From an uncultured bacterium (GTDB lineage: Bacteria; CAZDME01; JAYEMH01): DNA of 52,864 nt. The translations under genes were made by a program, and so were the position numbers. Shown piece by piece: positions 1 to 8,816 of this stretch. A model generated the notes under the pieces. The model searched no databases, was not told the DNA's origin, and saw nothing but the letters and a program-made list of their open reading frames with translations. The first letter of the stretch is position 1, and each line of letters begins with the position of its first letter. The stretch is taken from assembly GCA_964506785.1 (NCBI GenBank), contig CAZDME010000002.1:1-52864 (forward strand), given 5' to 3'.

Positions 1-1
1 T

Positions 2-493
2 GTTTCTATTTTGATTAAGCTGGGTTCTCCGGGGGCAGTTTTTTATAAACAGGAAAGGGTCGGTCAGGATGGGAAAAAATTTTTAATATACAAATTCCGC
101 ACGATGACAACGGATGCTGAAGCGCAAACCGGGCCGGTCTGGACAAAGGCAGATGACAAGCGACGGACGAAAATAGGAAAATTTTTACGCCGCCTTAATA
201 TCGATGAATTACCGCAACTCTTTAACGTCTTAAAAGGCGATATGAGTCTGGTCGGCCCCCGCCCGGAGAGGCCTTATTTTGTCGGCCAATTTAAAGAGGA
301 TATTCCCCGCTATATGGTCCGCCATAAGATTAAATCCGGGCTGACTGGCTGGGCCCAGGTTAATGGATTACGCGGCGACACCTCGATTAAAGAGCGGACT
401 AAATATGACCTTTTTTATGCCGAGAACTGGTCTATCTTTTTTGATATCAAAATTTTGTTGCGGAGTATCCTGGCGATAAAAAATGCCTGTTGA
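2..493 (+). CDS. Bacterial sugar transferase (undecaprenyl-phosphate hexose-1-phosphate transferase family), C-terminal part. The 5' end runs off the window.
   Basis: The frame is open from base 2. The translation has the family hallmarks KFRTM, DELPQLFNVLKGDMSLVGPRPE and YAENWSIFFDIKIL. Confidence 0.9.
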   Translation, partial: VSILIKLGSPGAVFYKQERVGQDGKKFLIYKFRTMTTDAEAQTGPVWTKADDKRRTKIGKFLRRLNIDELPQLFNVLKGDMSLVGPRPERPYFVGQFKEDIPRYMVRHKIKSGLTGWAQVNGLRGDTSIKERTKYDLFYAENWSIFFDIKILLRSILAIKNAC

Positions 494-502
494 TAATAAG
501 TT

Positions 503-553
503 GATGAGTAAATCCCGTTAGAAAGGATGAGTCCCGTTAACGGAAACCCCGTT
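503..553. repeat. Direct repeats GATGAGT(N0-3)(T)CCCGTTA x2 plus a third CCCGTT, overlapping the palindrome CCGTTAACGG
   Basis: GATGAGT occurs at 503-509 and 526-532. CCCGTT occurs at 514-519, 533-538 and 548-553. The palindrome spans 534-543. Confidence 0.7.
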
Positions 554-607
554 TTAGGATTCAGGAGGTGTTGGTTAAGTGTCGATATATCGATTGATTC
601 CTTGTCG

Positions 608-641
608 CAGGGGCCTTCTGAGCAGTTTGCCCTTGGTTTTT
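608..641 (+). terminator. Candidate intrinsic terminator downstream of the sugar transferase gene
   Basis: CAGGGGC (608-614) pairs with GCCCTTG (629-635), with one G-U pair and a 14-nt loop. It is followed by GTTTTTGCGGTTTT. Confidence 0.4.
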
Positions 642-849
642 GCGGTTTTCTGCTGTGGCGCACGTCGATAGTCGTTGAGATTCACTGCCAGGCTATATTG
701 CTGCCGTACATACTTAAGGAGTTCGTATCGCCGTGGGCTGGGCACTAAGAATATTCTGTTATTCATAAAGCGTTATCTGAAAAATAGTTTTTGGTTCTGG
801 GATGAAATATTCAGGGATGACCAAAGAAGAACTTTAGTAAAAGGAGATT

Positions 850-2061
850 ATGGATAGGAAAAAAATAATTGCTTTTTGTGACCGCTGGATTATCAGGTTT
901 TTCTATGTATTGGTTATTGCGATACCTTTTTCCCGGGCAATAATTGAAATTGCTTCGACTTTAATCATTCTGGCCTGGTTAACCAAGAAAATTCTGGAAA
1001 AAGACCTGAGTATCCCTTATACCCCGGTTTCCCTTCTCCTGGGTATATTTGTCTTGGTTAATATCCTTTCCATATATAACACTACCTTTGGCTATGCAGG
1101 CATCCAGGGTTTAAGCAAAATTTTTCAATATTTACTGCTTTTCCTTATCGCCATCGATTATATGGATAAGCCTTCTTTCTTTGAAAGGGTAATCTATTTA
1201 AGTTTGATTGTTTCCGGTATCATTGCCATAGATGGGGTAATTCAGTACTTTTTGGGTTTTGATTTGATTCGTCACCGAAATATGGGTATAGTCGATGGGA
1301 AAAATAGAATGACCGCTTCTTTTGAACATCCCAATGACTTCGGGGCATATTTAACATTGATTATTCCCCTTTTCATAGGGGTGGCTATTTTTGGAAAAAT
1401 GAAAAAGAAGGCCAGATTTCTTTATTTTGCCGCCATCAGCTTACTTTTTATTTGTCTGGCCTTAACCTATTCCCGCGGAGCTTGGATTGGGGTGCTGGCC
1501 GGGATAGTCTTTTTAAGTTTGGTGAATAAAAGGCGGCTGGTCCCGATAATTTTTTTATTATTCCTAATCAGCTTGTTTTTTATCCCCTCTTCTTTCCAAA
1601 ACCGGGCGAAAGAAATCTTCGCCTTAAAAAACGGTTCCAACCAGGAAAGGATTATGATTTGGCAAGGAGCGATAAAAATGATAGAGGTCCATCCTATTAT
1701 TGGCCACGGTGTTAATACCTTTTGTGTAAATTACCCTAATTATAGCCTGCCCGAAAGTAACGGCCGCTGGTATGCCCATAATTGCTACCTGCAGATGGCA
1801 GGTGAAATCGGCCTGTTAGGTTTGTCAGTCTTTCTGATGACAATGCTGGGACTTTTTATTAATCGCCTCAGGGCATTAAAACGTTTAAGGGATGGGAATA
1901 GAAAGGTGATGTTAGCCGGAATTTTAAGCGGCCTTTTTGGTTTTTTAATTCACAGCTTTGTTGATACTAATTTTTACAGTTTACCTTTGGCGGTGGCTTT
2001 TTGGTTTTTTTGCGGATTAGCGATAGGGACTGCCAAATTAGAGAGAAAAAATGCGCTTTAA
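850..2061 (+). CDS. O-antigen ligase / O-antigen polymerase family (Wzy_C-like) integral membrane protein
   Basis: 403 aa and polytopic, with many hydrophobic helices. It has the Wzy_C-like loop motifs YSRGAWIG and AHNCYLQMAGEIGLLG. An AAGGAG SD lies 5 nt upstream of the ATG. Confidence 0.75.
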   Translation: MDRKKIIAFCDRWIIRFFYVLVIAIPFSRAIIEIASTLIILAWLTKKILEKDLSIPYTPVSLLLGIFVLVNILSIYNTTFGYAGIQGLSKIFQYLLLFLIAIDYMDKPSFFERVIYLSLIVSGIIAIDGVIQYFLGFDLIRHRNMGIVDGKNRMTASFEHPNDFGAYLTLIIPLFIGVAIFGKMKKKARFLYFAAISLLFICLALTYSRGAWIGVLAGIVFLSLVNKRRLVPIIFLLFLISLFFIPSSFQNRAKEIFALKNGSNQERIMIWQGAIKMIEVHPIIGHGVNTFCVNYPNYSLPESNGRWYAHNCYLQMAGEIGLLGLSVFLMTMLGLFINRLRALKRLRDGNRKVMLAGILSGLFGFLIHSFVDTNFYSLPLAVAFWFFCGLAIGTAKLERKNAL

Positions 2062-3097
2062 TCCTCAAGGTTTGGCTACTAGTATCGGCAGTCTGCCTCA
2101 TCTAGATGAAAGAGAGGCGGCGGAAATTGTCTTAAAAGAATTTCCCCAGATTCCCGCTTGGCCTCAACTGCCCAAAAGGAATTTCTATGAAGATATGAGA
2201 ACTCAGTTTTCTCAAGGTTTGCCCGGGATTGTCTGTAGCCCTGAGACAGGAAAATTTTATTTTGACACCAGCCATGGGTTAGATGAAAAATTAGGAGAGT
2301 TCTATCAGCAATATCTTGCCGGAAATATGGATTATTTTGCCATCAGCCGGGAATATGCCGCTGGGTTCTACAGCTTCATCGAGCTTCTGGAAAAAGGTGC
2401 GGCTGATGGTTGGATTTATCTTAAAGGGCAAGTTACCGGGCCGATCAGCTTCGGGCTGGCAACCACTGATGAAAAAAAACGGGCCATCATTTATCGGGAG
2501 GAATTTGTCGATATCTTAACCAAACAGGCAGTGATGAAAGCCAAGTGGCAGATTAAAAAGTTAAAGGAGTTTTCCTCTCAGCTGATTATTTTTATCGATG
2601 AGCCATACCTGGCTTCTTTCGGGTCGGCGTATATAAACCTGGATAGGAAAATCTTAGTTGAAAGTTTACAGGAAATTATAGCCTCTATCCAGAAAGGCGG
2701 GGCTCTGGCGGGTATTCACTGCTGCGGTAATACCGATTGGTCTTTACCTCTTTCGACCACAATAGATATCTTGAGTTTCGATGCTTTTGAGTTTATTGGA
2801 AATTTGGCGCTTTATGCCGATAAACTAAAGGAGTTTCTCGGACGCGGCGGAGTCCTATCCTGGGGAATAGTCCCGAGCAGGAATATCGGCGATGAGAGCT
2901 TAAAAGTCGAATCGATTTCGGCAAAATTGGAAAGCGGATTCCAACTCTTGGCTAAAAAGGGAATAAATACTGAGATTCTCAGGAAGTCGTGTCTGCTTAC
3001 CCCCAGCTGCGGCACGGGAAGTTTAAATGTAGCCATGTCAGAGAAAATTTTGAAAGCGACCAGATTAATTTCAGAAAATTTCCGGAAGAAATATTGA
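2051..3097 (+). CDS. MetE C-terminal / UROD-like fold protein, a putative zinc-dependent methyltransferase-like enzyme of unknown substrate
   Basis: 348 aa. [10 protein letters not shown] and LTPSCGTGS resemble the His-x-Cys and Cys zinc-ligand motifs of cobalamin-independent methionine synthase-like proteins. The gene overlaps the upstream gene by 11 nt. Confidence 0.45.
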   Translation: MRFNPQGLATSIGSLPHLDEREAAEIVLKEFPQIPAWPQLPKRNFYEDMRTQFSQGLPGIVCSPETGKFYFDTSHGLDEKLGEFYQQYLAGNMDYFAISREYAAGFYSFIELLEKGAADGWIYLKGQVTGPISFGLATTDEKKRAIIYREEFVDILTKQAVMKAKWQIKKLKEFSSQLIIFIDEPYLASFGSAYINLDRKILVESLQEIIASIQKGGALAGIHCCGNTDWSLPLSTTIDILSFDAFEFIGNLALYADKLKEFLGRGGVLSWGIVPSRNIGDESLKVESISAKLESGFQLLAKKGINTEILRKSCLLTPSCGTGSLNVAMSEKILKATRLISENFRKKY

Positions 3098-3098
3098 A

Positions 3099-5126
3099 AT
3101 GGCTAAATTCAAGTTAGTTTCTAAATTTAAGCTTCAAGGCGACCAAAAAGAAGCGGTAAATAAACTCTCTGAGGGAGTCTTAGCCGGGAAGAAACATCAG
3201 GTGCTCTTAGGGGTGACCGGTTCGGGGAAAACCTTTACCGTGGCCAATGTTATTCTGCGCCTGGGAAAGCCGACGCTGGTAATTTCGCATAATAAAACCC
3301 TGGCCGCCCAGCTTTTTAGCGAATTCAAACAATTTTTCCCCCATAATAGGGTGGAATATTTCGTCAGCTATTACGATTATTATCAACCCGAGGCTTATGT
3401 TCCGCAAACAGATACCTATATTGAAAAAGATGCCTCAATCAATGATGACATCGACCGGCTCAGGCTTTCGGCCACCAGCGCCTTGTTAGAATCCGATGAT
3501 GTCATCATTGTGGCCAGTGTTTCCTGCATTTATGGCATTGGCGCGCCGGAGGACTGGCAGAAGTTAGGCTTGAAGCTAAAGTGCGGCAAAAAAATTTCGG
3601 AAGACGAGTTGATTCAATATTTAATCGATTTGCAGTATGAACGTAACGATTATGATTTTTCCCGGGGGAAATTCCGCCGGCGGGGAGAAGCGGTAGAGAT
3701 CTGGCCGGCTTATCGAGAGGAAGGCCTGCGCCTGGAATATAAGAATGATGAAATCAAGCGAATGGTTATTTTTAATCCGCTAACCGGAAAGGTTTCTCGC
3801 AAGATTGCTGATTTAACCTTGTTTCCCGCCAAGCATTTTGTTATCCCTCATTCCCGGGTAGAGACGGCTTTGGCGGCTATCAAAAAAGAATTAAAGGAAA
3901 GATTAACCGATTTAAAAAGTAAAAACAAATTATTAGAGGCGCAGCGCTTAGAGATGCGGACTAACTATGATTTAGAAATGCTGAAAGAACTGGGTTACTG
4001 CCCGGGAATAGAAAATTATTCCCGGCATTTAAGCGGCCGGCGGCCGGGACAGCCTCCGTATAACCTGCTTGATTATTTTCCCAGAGATTATCTTTTGGTC
4101 ATCGATGAATCGCATGTCACTATTCCGCAGCTTCGAGGTATGTATGAAGGTGACCGCTCCCGCAAGGAAACCTTGGTCGAATTCGGCTTTCGGCTTCCTT
4201 CCGCCTTGGATAATCGGCCCTTAAATTTTGCTGAATTTGAAAAAAAAATTGACAAGGTAATCTATGCTTCCGCTACTCCCGGAGATTATGAGCTTCGTCT
4301 GGCCAGAGAAATAGTCGAGCAGATTATCCGGCCTACCGGACTTCTTGACCCGAAAATAATAGTGAAACCGGCTAAAAATCAAATCGATGATTTAATAGGA
4401 CAAATCCGCCAGCGGGCAAAAAATAAAGAAAGGGTTCTGATTACGACTTTAACCAAGCGGATGTCCGAGGAGTTAAGCGATTATTTGGCTGAAGTGGGGG
4501 TTAAGGTGCGGTATCTTCATTCAGAAATCGAAACTATCGAAAGGATGGAAATCCTTAAGGGTCTCAGACGGGCTGAATTTGATTGCTTGGTGGGGATAAA
4601 TCTTTTGAGAGAGGGATTGGATCTGCCTGAGGTATCGCTGGTGGCAATCCTTGATGCCGACAAAGAAGGTTTCTTGAGGTCTTACCGCTCCCTGATTCAG
4701 GTGGCTGGACGGGCGGCCAGAAACGCCGGCGGGGAAGTAATCATGTATGCGGATAAACCGACACCTTCAATGATTCAGGCGATAAAGGAAAGTGAGCGCC
4801 GGAGGAAGAAACAAACCGCTTTTAATAAAAAACACGGCATTACCCCGAGGACAATAGATAAAGCCATCCAAGAAGGGATAGAATCCTTAACTAAAGCTAA
4901 GAATTATGGTTTTTCCCTGGTGAGAGAAAAACGGGAGCGTTATTCATCTTTAAAGAGGGCGCAGGTTGTCGGAGAGTTGAGAAGGCAGATGAAAATTTCG
5001 GCAGAGAACCTTGAGTTTGAAAAGGCAGCACTTTTAAGGGATGAAATCCGGGAGCTGGAACGTATAGGGAAAGGAAAGTTATACAAAAGAGGGGCGAGAA
5101 AACGAAATAACATGATAGCGAGATAA
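3099..5126 (+). CDS. uvrB: Excinuclease ABC subunit B
   Basis: 675 aa. Motifs present: Walker A GVTGSGKT, beta-hairpin region [14 protein letters not shown] box, and the C-terminal UVR domain [17 protein letters not shown]. Confidence 0.97.
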   Translation: MAKFKLVSKFKLQGDQKEAVNKLSEGVLAGKKHQVLLGVTGSGKTFTVANVILRLGKPTLVISHNKTLAAQLFSEFKQFFPHNRVEYFVSYYDYYQPEAYVPQTDTYIEKDASINDDIDRLRLSATSALLESDDVIIVASVSCIYGIGAPEDWQKLGLKLKCGKKISEDELIQYLIDLQYERNDYDFSRGKFRRRGEAVEIWPAYREEGLRLEYKNDEIKRMVIFNPLTGKVSRKIADLTLFPAKHFVIPHSRVETALAAIKKELKERLTDLKSKNKLLEAQRLEMRTNYDLEMLKELGYCPGIENYSRHLSGRRPGQPPYNLLDYFPRDYLLVIDESHVTIPQLRGMYEGDRSRKETLVEFGFRLPSALDNRPLNFAEFEKKIDKVIYASATPGDYELRLAREIVEQIIRPTGLLDPKIIVKPAKNQIDDLIGQIRQRAKNKERVLITTLTKRMSEELSDYLAEVGVKVRYLHSEIETIERMEILKGLRRAEFDCLVGINLLREGLDLPEVSLVAILDADKEGFLRSYRSLIQVAGRAARNAGGEVIMYADKPTPSMIQAIKESERRRKKQTAFNKKHGITPRTIDKAIQEGIESLTKAKNYGFSLVREKRERYSSLKRAQVVGELRRQMKISAENLEFEKAALLRDEIRELERIGKGKLYKRGARKRNNMIAR

Positions 5127-5138
5127 CGGAATAACGGT
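5099..5138. repeat. Five in-phase octamers of the ATAACGR family spanning the uvrB 3' end and the uvrB-nadC spacer
   Basis: The units are AAAACGAA ATAACATG ATAGCGAG ATAACGGA ATAACGGT. The uvrB stop TAA (5124-26) lies inside the fourth unit. Confidence 0.8.
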
Positions 5139-5141
5139 TTT

Positions 5142-6008
5142 ATGAAGCTGCAAGTACAAGACAAAGATTTAATTCAATTGGCTTTGCGGGAGGATACCTG
5201 CCGGGGAGATCCGACTACGGCTTCATTGATTGATAGAGGGAAAACGGCCCGGGCTTTAATTTTTGCCCGAAGCCAGGGGATTATTTCCGGACTATATTTA
5301 GCCAAGACGGTTTTTAAAACTTTAGATCCCAGGGTAAAATTCAGGCTTTTGGTCCCAGAAGGCAGTTTGGTTAAGGTTGATACGGCGGTTGCGGACATTA
5401 AAGGGAAAGCCAGAAGTTTATTCAAAGGAGAAAGATTAGCCTTGAATTTTATCCAGCACTTATCAGGGATATCAACTACCACTTTCCAATTCGTTATTAA
5501 GGCAAAAAATACATCGATTAAAATTACTGATACGAGAAAAACTATACCTGGCCTGCGGCATTTAGAGAAATATGCGGTTAGAATGGGCGGAGGGGTTAAC
5601 CACCGAACTACCTTAGGGGATTTCATTTTGATTAAAGATAATCATTGGCGGTTCCTTCCTGAAGATTCTTTGGCTGAAGGAGTGAAAAGGATTCGGAAAA
5701 GAAAACCCGAATTAGAAATAGAGGTAGAGGTTAAAAAAATCCCCGAATTAAAAAAAGCTTTAGAGGCCGAGGTAGATGTTATTTTACTTGATAATATGGA
5801 TTATGCTTTACTCAAGAAATCGGTGAAATTGATTGAGAATTGGCGGAAGGTGAAGAAAAGGAGGAGACCTCTCATTGAAGTGTCCGGCGGGATAAATCCG
5901 GATAATTTCAATCAGCTTATTCCTTTGAGGATTGATCGGGTATCTATCGGCGCTTTAACTCATTCGGCACCGGCTTTTCCGGCAGATATGGAAATTATAA
6001 ATGAATAA
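5142..6008 (+). CDS. nadC: Nicotinate-nucleotide diphosphorylase (quinolinate phosphoribosyltransferase)
   Basis: 288 aa. Motifs present: ERLALNFIQHLSGIST, DTRKTIPGLR, EKYAVRMGGGVNHR and LIKDNH. Confidence 0.93.
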   Translation: MKLQVQDKDLIQLALREDTCRGDPTTASLIDRGKTARALIFARSQGIISGLYLAKTVFKTLDPRVKFRLLVPEGSLVKVDTAVADIKGKARSLFKGERLALNFIQHLSGISTTTFQFVIKAKNTSIKITDTRKTIPGLRHLEKYAVRMGGGVNHRTTLGDFILIKDNHWRFLPEDSLAEGVKRIRKRKPELEIEVEVKKIPELKKALEAEVDVILLDNMDYALLKKSVKLIENWRKVKKRRRPLIEVSGGINPDNFNQLIPLRIDRVSIGALTHSAPAFPADMEIINE

Positions 6009-6759
6009 GTTCGGCAGGCGAATCCATCGGTATGAAAGTGTTTCTTCGACCAATGATCTGGCCCGTGCTTTAGCGGATAAAGGAGAACCTGAAGGGACAG
6101 TCGTTTTAGCCGATGAACAGAAGCGAGGCCGAGGAAAATGGCGGCGGGTTTGGATTTCCCCCCAGGGTGAAGGTATCTGGATGTCACTGATTCTTCGCCC
6201 CAAGCTTAAGCCTGAAGATACGGCAAAAATAACCCTGATGACGGCCGTGGCTATAGTTAAGGCTTTAGACAAACAATTAGGAATTAAAGCCAGGATTAAA
6301 TGGCCGAATGATATTTTAGTCAAAGGGAAAAAAATTGCCGGGATTCTTACGGAGATGAAAACCGAAAAAGCAAAGGTGAAATTTGTTATTGTCGGAATCG
6401 GAGTGAACACAAATATCGATTTTAGTAAATTCCCCGAAGAATTAAGGGGAGGCATAACCTCAGTAAAAAAGGAATATTTGCGGCAGTTTTCGCCGGAAAG
6501 ATTAATGAAAGAAATCCTTAGGGAGATGGAATTTTGTTATTCTCTTTTCAGGGAAGAAGGGTTCTCGCCTATTAGAGAAGAATGGAAAGGGTATTCGGCA
6601 ACTTTAGGAAAGCAGATTGAAGCGCGTTATCACGGAGAAAAGGTTTTTGGCCAGGCGGTTGGTCTGGGTGAAACAGGCACCCTTCTTTTAAGAAGGGATA
6701 GCGGGATAATAGACGAACTGTCTGGAAGCGATATTCACATAGTAGATAGCACTCACTAG
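6001..6759 (+). CDS. birA: Biotin--[acetyl-CoA-carboxylase] ligase, short form without the N-terminal HTH repressor domain
   Basis: 252 aa. It has the signature QKRGRGKWRRVWISPQGEG (GRGRxGRxW), then KWPNDIL and KIAGILTE. The gene overlaps the nadC stop by 8 nt. Confidence 0.9.
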   Translation: MNKFGRRIHRYESVSSTNDLARALADKGEPEGTVVLADEQKRGRGKWRRVWISPQGEGIWMSLILRPKLKPEDTAKITLMTAVAIVKALDKQLGIKARIKWPNDILVKGKKIAGILTEMKTEKAKVKFVIVGIGVNTNIDFSKFPEELRGGITSVKKEYLRQFSPERLMKEILREMEFCYSLFREEGFSPIREEWKGYSATLGKQIEARYHGEKVFGQAVGLGETGTLLLRRDSGIIDELSGSDIHIVDSTH

Positions 6760-6830
6760 ACAGTAATCGGCGCTTTTATTTTCCGCCCGGCAGTAATCAG
6801 TTTTAGTGTCTATTCTACGAAGGGAAAAAG

Positions 6831-7601
6831 ATGCTATTAGCCATTGACATTGGAAACAGCAATATAAATCTCGGAATTTTTGAAGAGGGTAAACTCAAAA
6901 AGAAAGAAAATTTACCGGTTAATTTAAAGTGGGGTAAAGAGCAGTACCTATCCTTACTGGATAAATTCTTAGCCTCGGCGGTTTTTGAAAAAGCTAATAT
7001 CACCTCGGTTGTTATTGCTTCAGTAGTGCCGTCCTTGACGGATATATTTAGAGAAGCATCTTCGGCTAATTTTGGTTTTGACCCTACCATAGTGAATTCA
7101 GACCTGGTTCTGGGCATACGGATAAACTTTGATAATCCAGAGGAAATCGGGGCCGACCGTTTAGCCAATGCGGTGGGCGTAAACCATTTTTTCCCTCATC
7201 AATCAGTTATTGCCGTTGATTTCGGGACAGCGATTACCTTTGATGTCCTCGATGAGAAAAAAGGTTATATCGGCGGGGTGATTGCACCGGGGATAGGCAT
7301 GGTTGAACAGGCCCTTTGTGAAAAAACGGCTTTGCTTCCTCAAATCGAATTGGTTAAACCGGCAAGTATTTTGGGAAGGAATACCGAAGAAAGTATGCAG
7401 GCAGGCGTCTATTATGGTATGGTCGGTTTGGTTGAGACGATTCTCGAAAAGTTGATTAAGACCTTTCAAGGAAAGCTTATGGTTATTGCCACCGGGGGCT
7501 GGGCTTATTTAGTAGCCAGTCAAATCAGCCGGATTAAAAAGATTGAGCCGGATTTAACCCTTTACGGCCTCTGGAAAATTAATGAATTGAACAAAAGATG
7601 A
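6831..7601 (+). CDS. coaX: Type III pantothenate kinase
   Basis: 256 aa. Motifs present: N-terminal LLAIDIGNSN, GADRLANAV, VDFGTAITFD and ATGG. Confidence 0.92.
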   Translation: MLLAIDIGNSNINLGIFEEGKLKKKENLPVNLKWGKEQYLSLLDKFLASAVFEKANITSVVIASVVPSLTDIFREASSANFGFDPTIVNSDLVLGIRINFDNPEEIGADRLANAVGVNHFFPHQSVIAVDFGTAITFDVLDEKKGYIGGVIAPGIGMVEQALCEKTALLPQIELVKPASILGRNTEESMQAGVYYGMVGLVETILEKLIKTFQGKLMVIATGGWAYLVASQISRIKKIEPDLTLYGLWKINELNKR

Positions 7602-7647
7602 AAAAAAGAAGAAGGATGATGGGCGGTTTAAAAAAGGAGGGAAAAAA

Positions 7648-8808
7648 ATGGGTATGTGGGTAGGTCGGAGTCGTAAAGCCCGGCGATGTTATGGATTTGA
7701 TGAAATTTCTTTGGTGCCTGGAGAGGTGACGATTAATCCTAATGAGGTAAATACGAGCTGGCAGTTAGGTTCGATTCGTGTTGAGGTGCCGATAATGGCC
7801 GCGGCTATGGATGGAGTAGTTGATGTAAAAATGGCTATCGCCATGGGGAAATTAGGCGGCTTAGCCGTATTGAACTTAGAAGGGGTCCAGACCCGCTATG
7901 AGAAACCCGATGAGGTAATTTCCCAAATTGTTAATGCTGCTCCAGAGGAAGCTACCCGCTTGGTACAGGGGATTTATTTAAAGCCGATAAAAGAAGAACT
8001 TATTTCCGTCCGGATTAAAGAGATTAAGAAGGCGGGGATTCCGGCGGTTGTCTCCGCTATTCCTCAGCGGGCGGAAAAATTTGGGAAAATTGCCGAAAAA
8101 GCCGGAGCCGATATTTTTGTTGTCCAGTCAACGGTGACCACGGTTGAACACATATCCTCAGAGTATAAAAGCCTTGACTTTGAAAAGTTTTGTAAAGATA
8201 TGTCGATTCCAGTTATCGTCGGGAATTGTGTTACTTATAAAGCGGCACTGGGATTAATGAAGACCGGGATTGCCGCGCTATTAGTCGGAATCGGCCCCGG
8301 GGCGGCTTGTACTACCCGGGGTGTTTTAGGAGTGGGGGTGCCTCAAGTTACGGCTACCGCCGATACGGCGGCGGCGCGCGATTTTTATTTTAAGCAAACC
8401 GGGTGTTATGTACCGATTATTACCGACGGCGGTATGACTACCGGCGGAGATATTTGCAAGGCCTTTGCCAGTGGAGCCGATGCGGTGATGATTGGTTCCT
8501 CTTTGGCCCGAGCTGAAGAAGCCCCGGGAAAAGGTTATCACTGGGGAATGGCAACTCCGCACGCAAATCTTCCCCGAGGAACGAGAATTTATGTAGGAAC
8601 AACCGGAAGCTTAAAGGAAATTCTTGTCGGGCCGGCTAAATTGGACGATGGAACGCAAAATTTAGTCGGGGCTTTAAGAACATCTATGGGTGCCGTTGGC
8701 GCCGGAAATATTAGAGAAATGCAGCTTACAGAGATAATTATCGCCCCTTCTATCAAAACCGAAGGGAAGGTTTTTCAAGCTGAACAGAAAGTAGGCATGG
8801 GAAAATAA
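7648..8808 (+). CDS. IMP dehydrogenase family protein lacking the CBS subdomain (GuaB3-like)
   Basis: 386 aa. It is a TIM-barrel IMPDH/GMPR family member with the catalytic-loop-like GIGPGAACTTR, then ITDGGM and GADAVMIGS. There is no CBS pair insert. Confidence 0.85.
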   Translation: MGMWVGRSRKARRCYGFDEISLVPGEVTINPNEVNTSWQLGSIRVEVPIMAAAMDGVVDVKMAIAMGKLGGLAVLNLEGVQTRYEKPDEVISQIVNAAPEEATRLVQGIYLKPIKEELISVRIKEIKKAGIPAVVSAIPQRAEKFGKIAEKAGADIFVVQSTVTTVEHISSEYKSLDFEKFCKDMSIPVIVGNCVTYKAALGLMKTGIAALLVGIGPGAACTTRGVLGVGVPQVTATADTAAARDFYFKQTGCYVPIITDGGMTTGGDICKAFASGADAVMIGSSLARAEEAPGKGYHWGMATPHANLPRGTRIYVGTTGSLKEILVGPAKLDDGTQNLVGALRTSMGAVGAGNIREMQLTEIIIAPSIKTEGKVFQAEQKVGMGK

Positions 8809-8816
8809 ATTTTGTT

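Noticed and set aside
527-748. Four overlapping 60-82 aa ORFs in the 494-849 spacer (415..663 -, 527..748 +, 575..766 -, 675..857 +), and a 30-codon GTG ORF at 579-671 behind an AGGAGG.
   Set aside because: They overlap each other mutually, I recognise no domain, and they have poor or mis-spaced ribosome-binding sites. The openness in many frames points to composition or RNA rather than coding. I kept the region as an unexplained-spacer finding instead.
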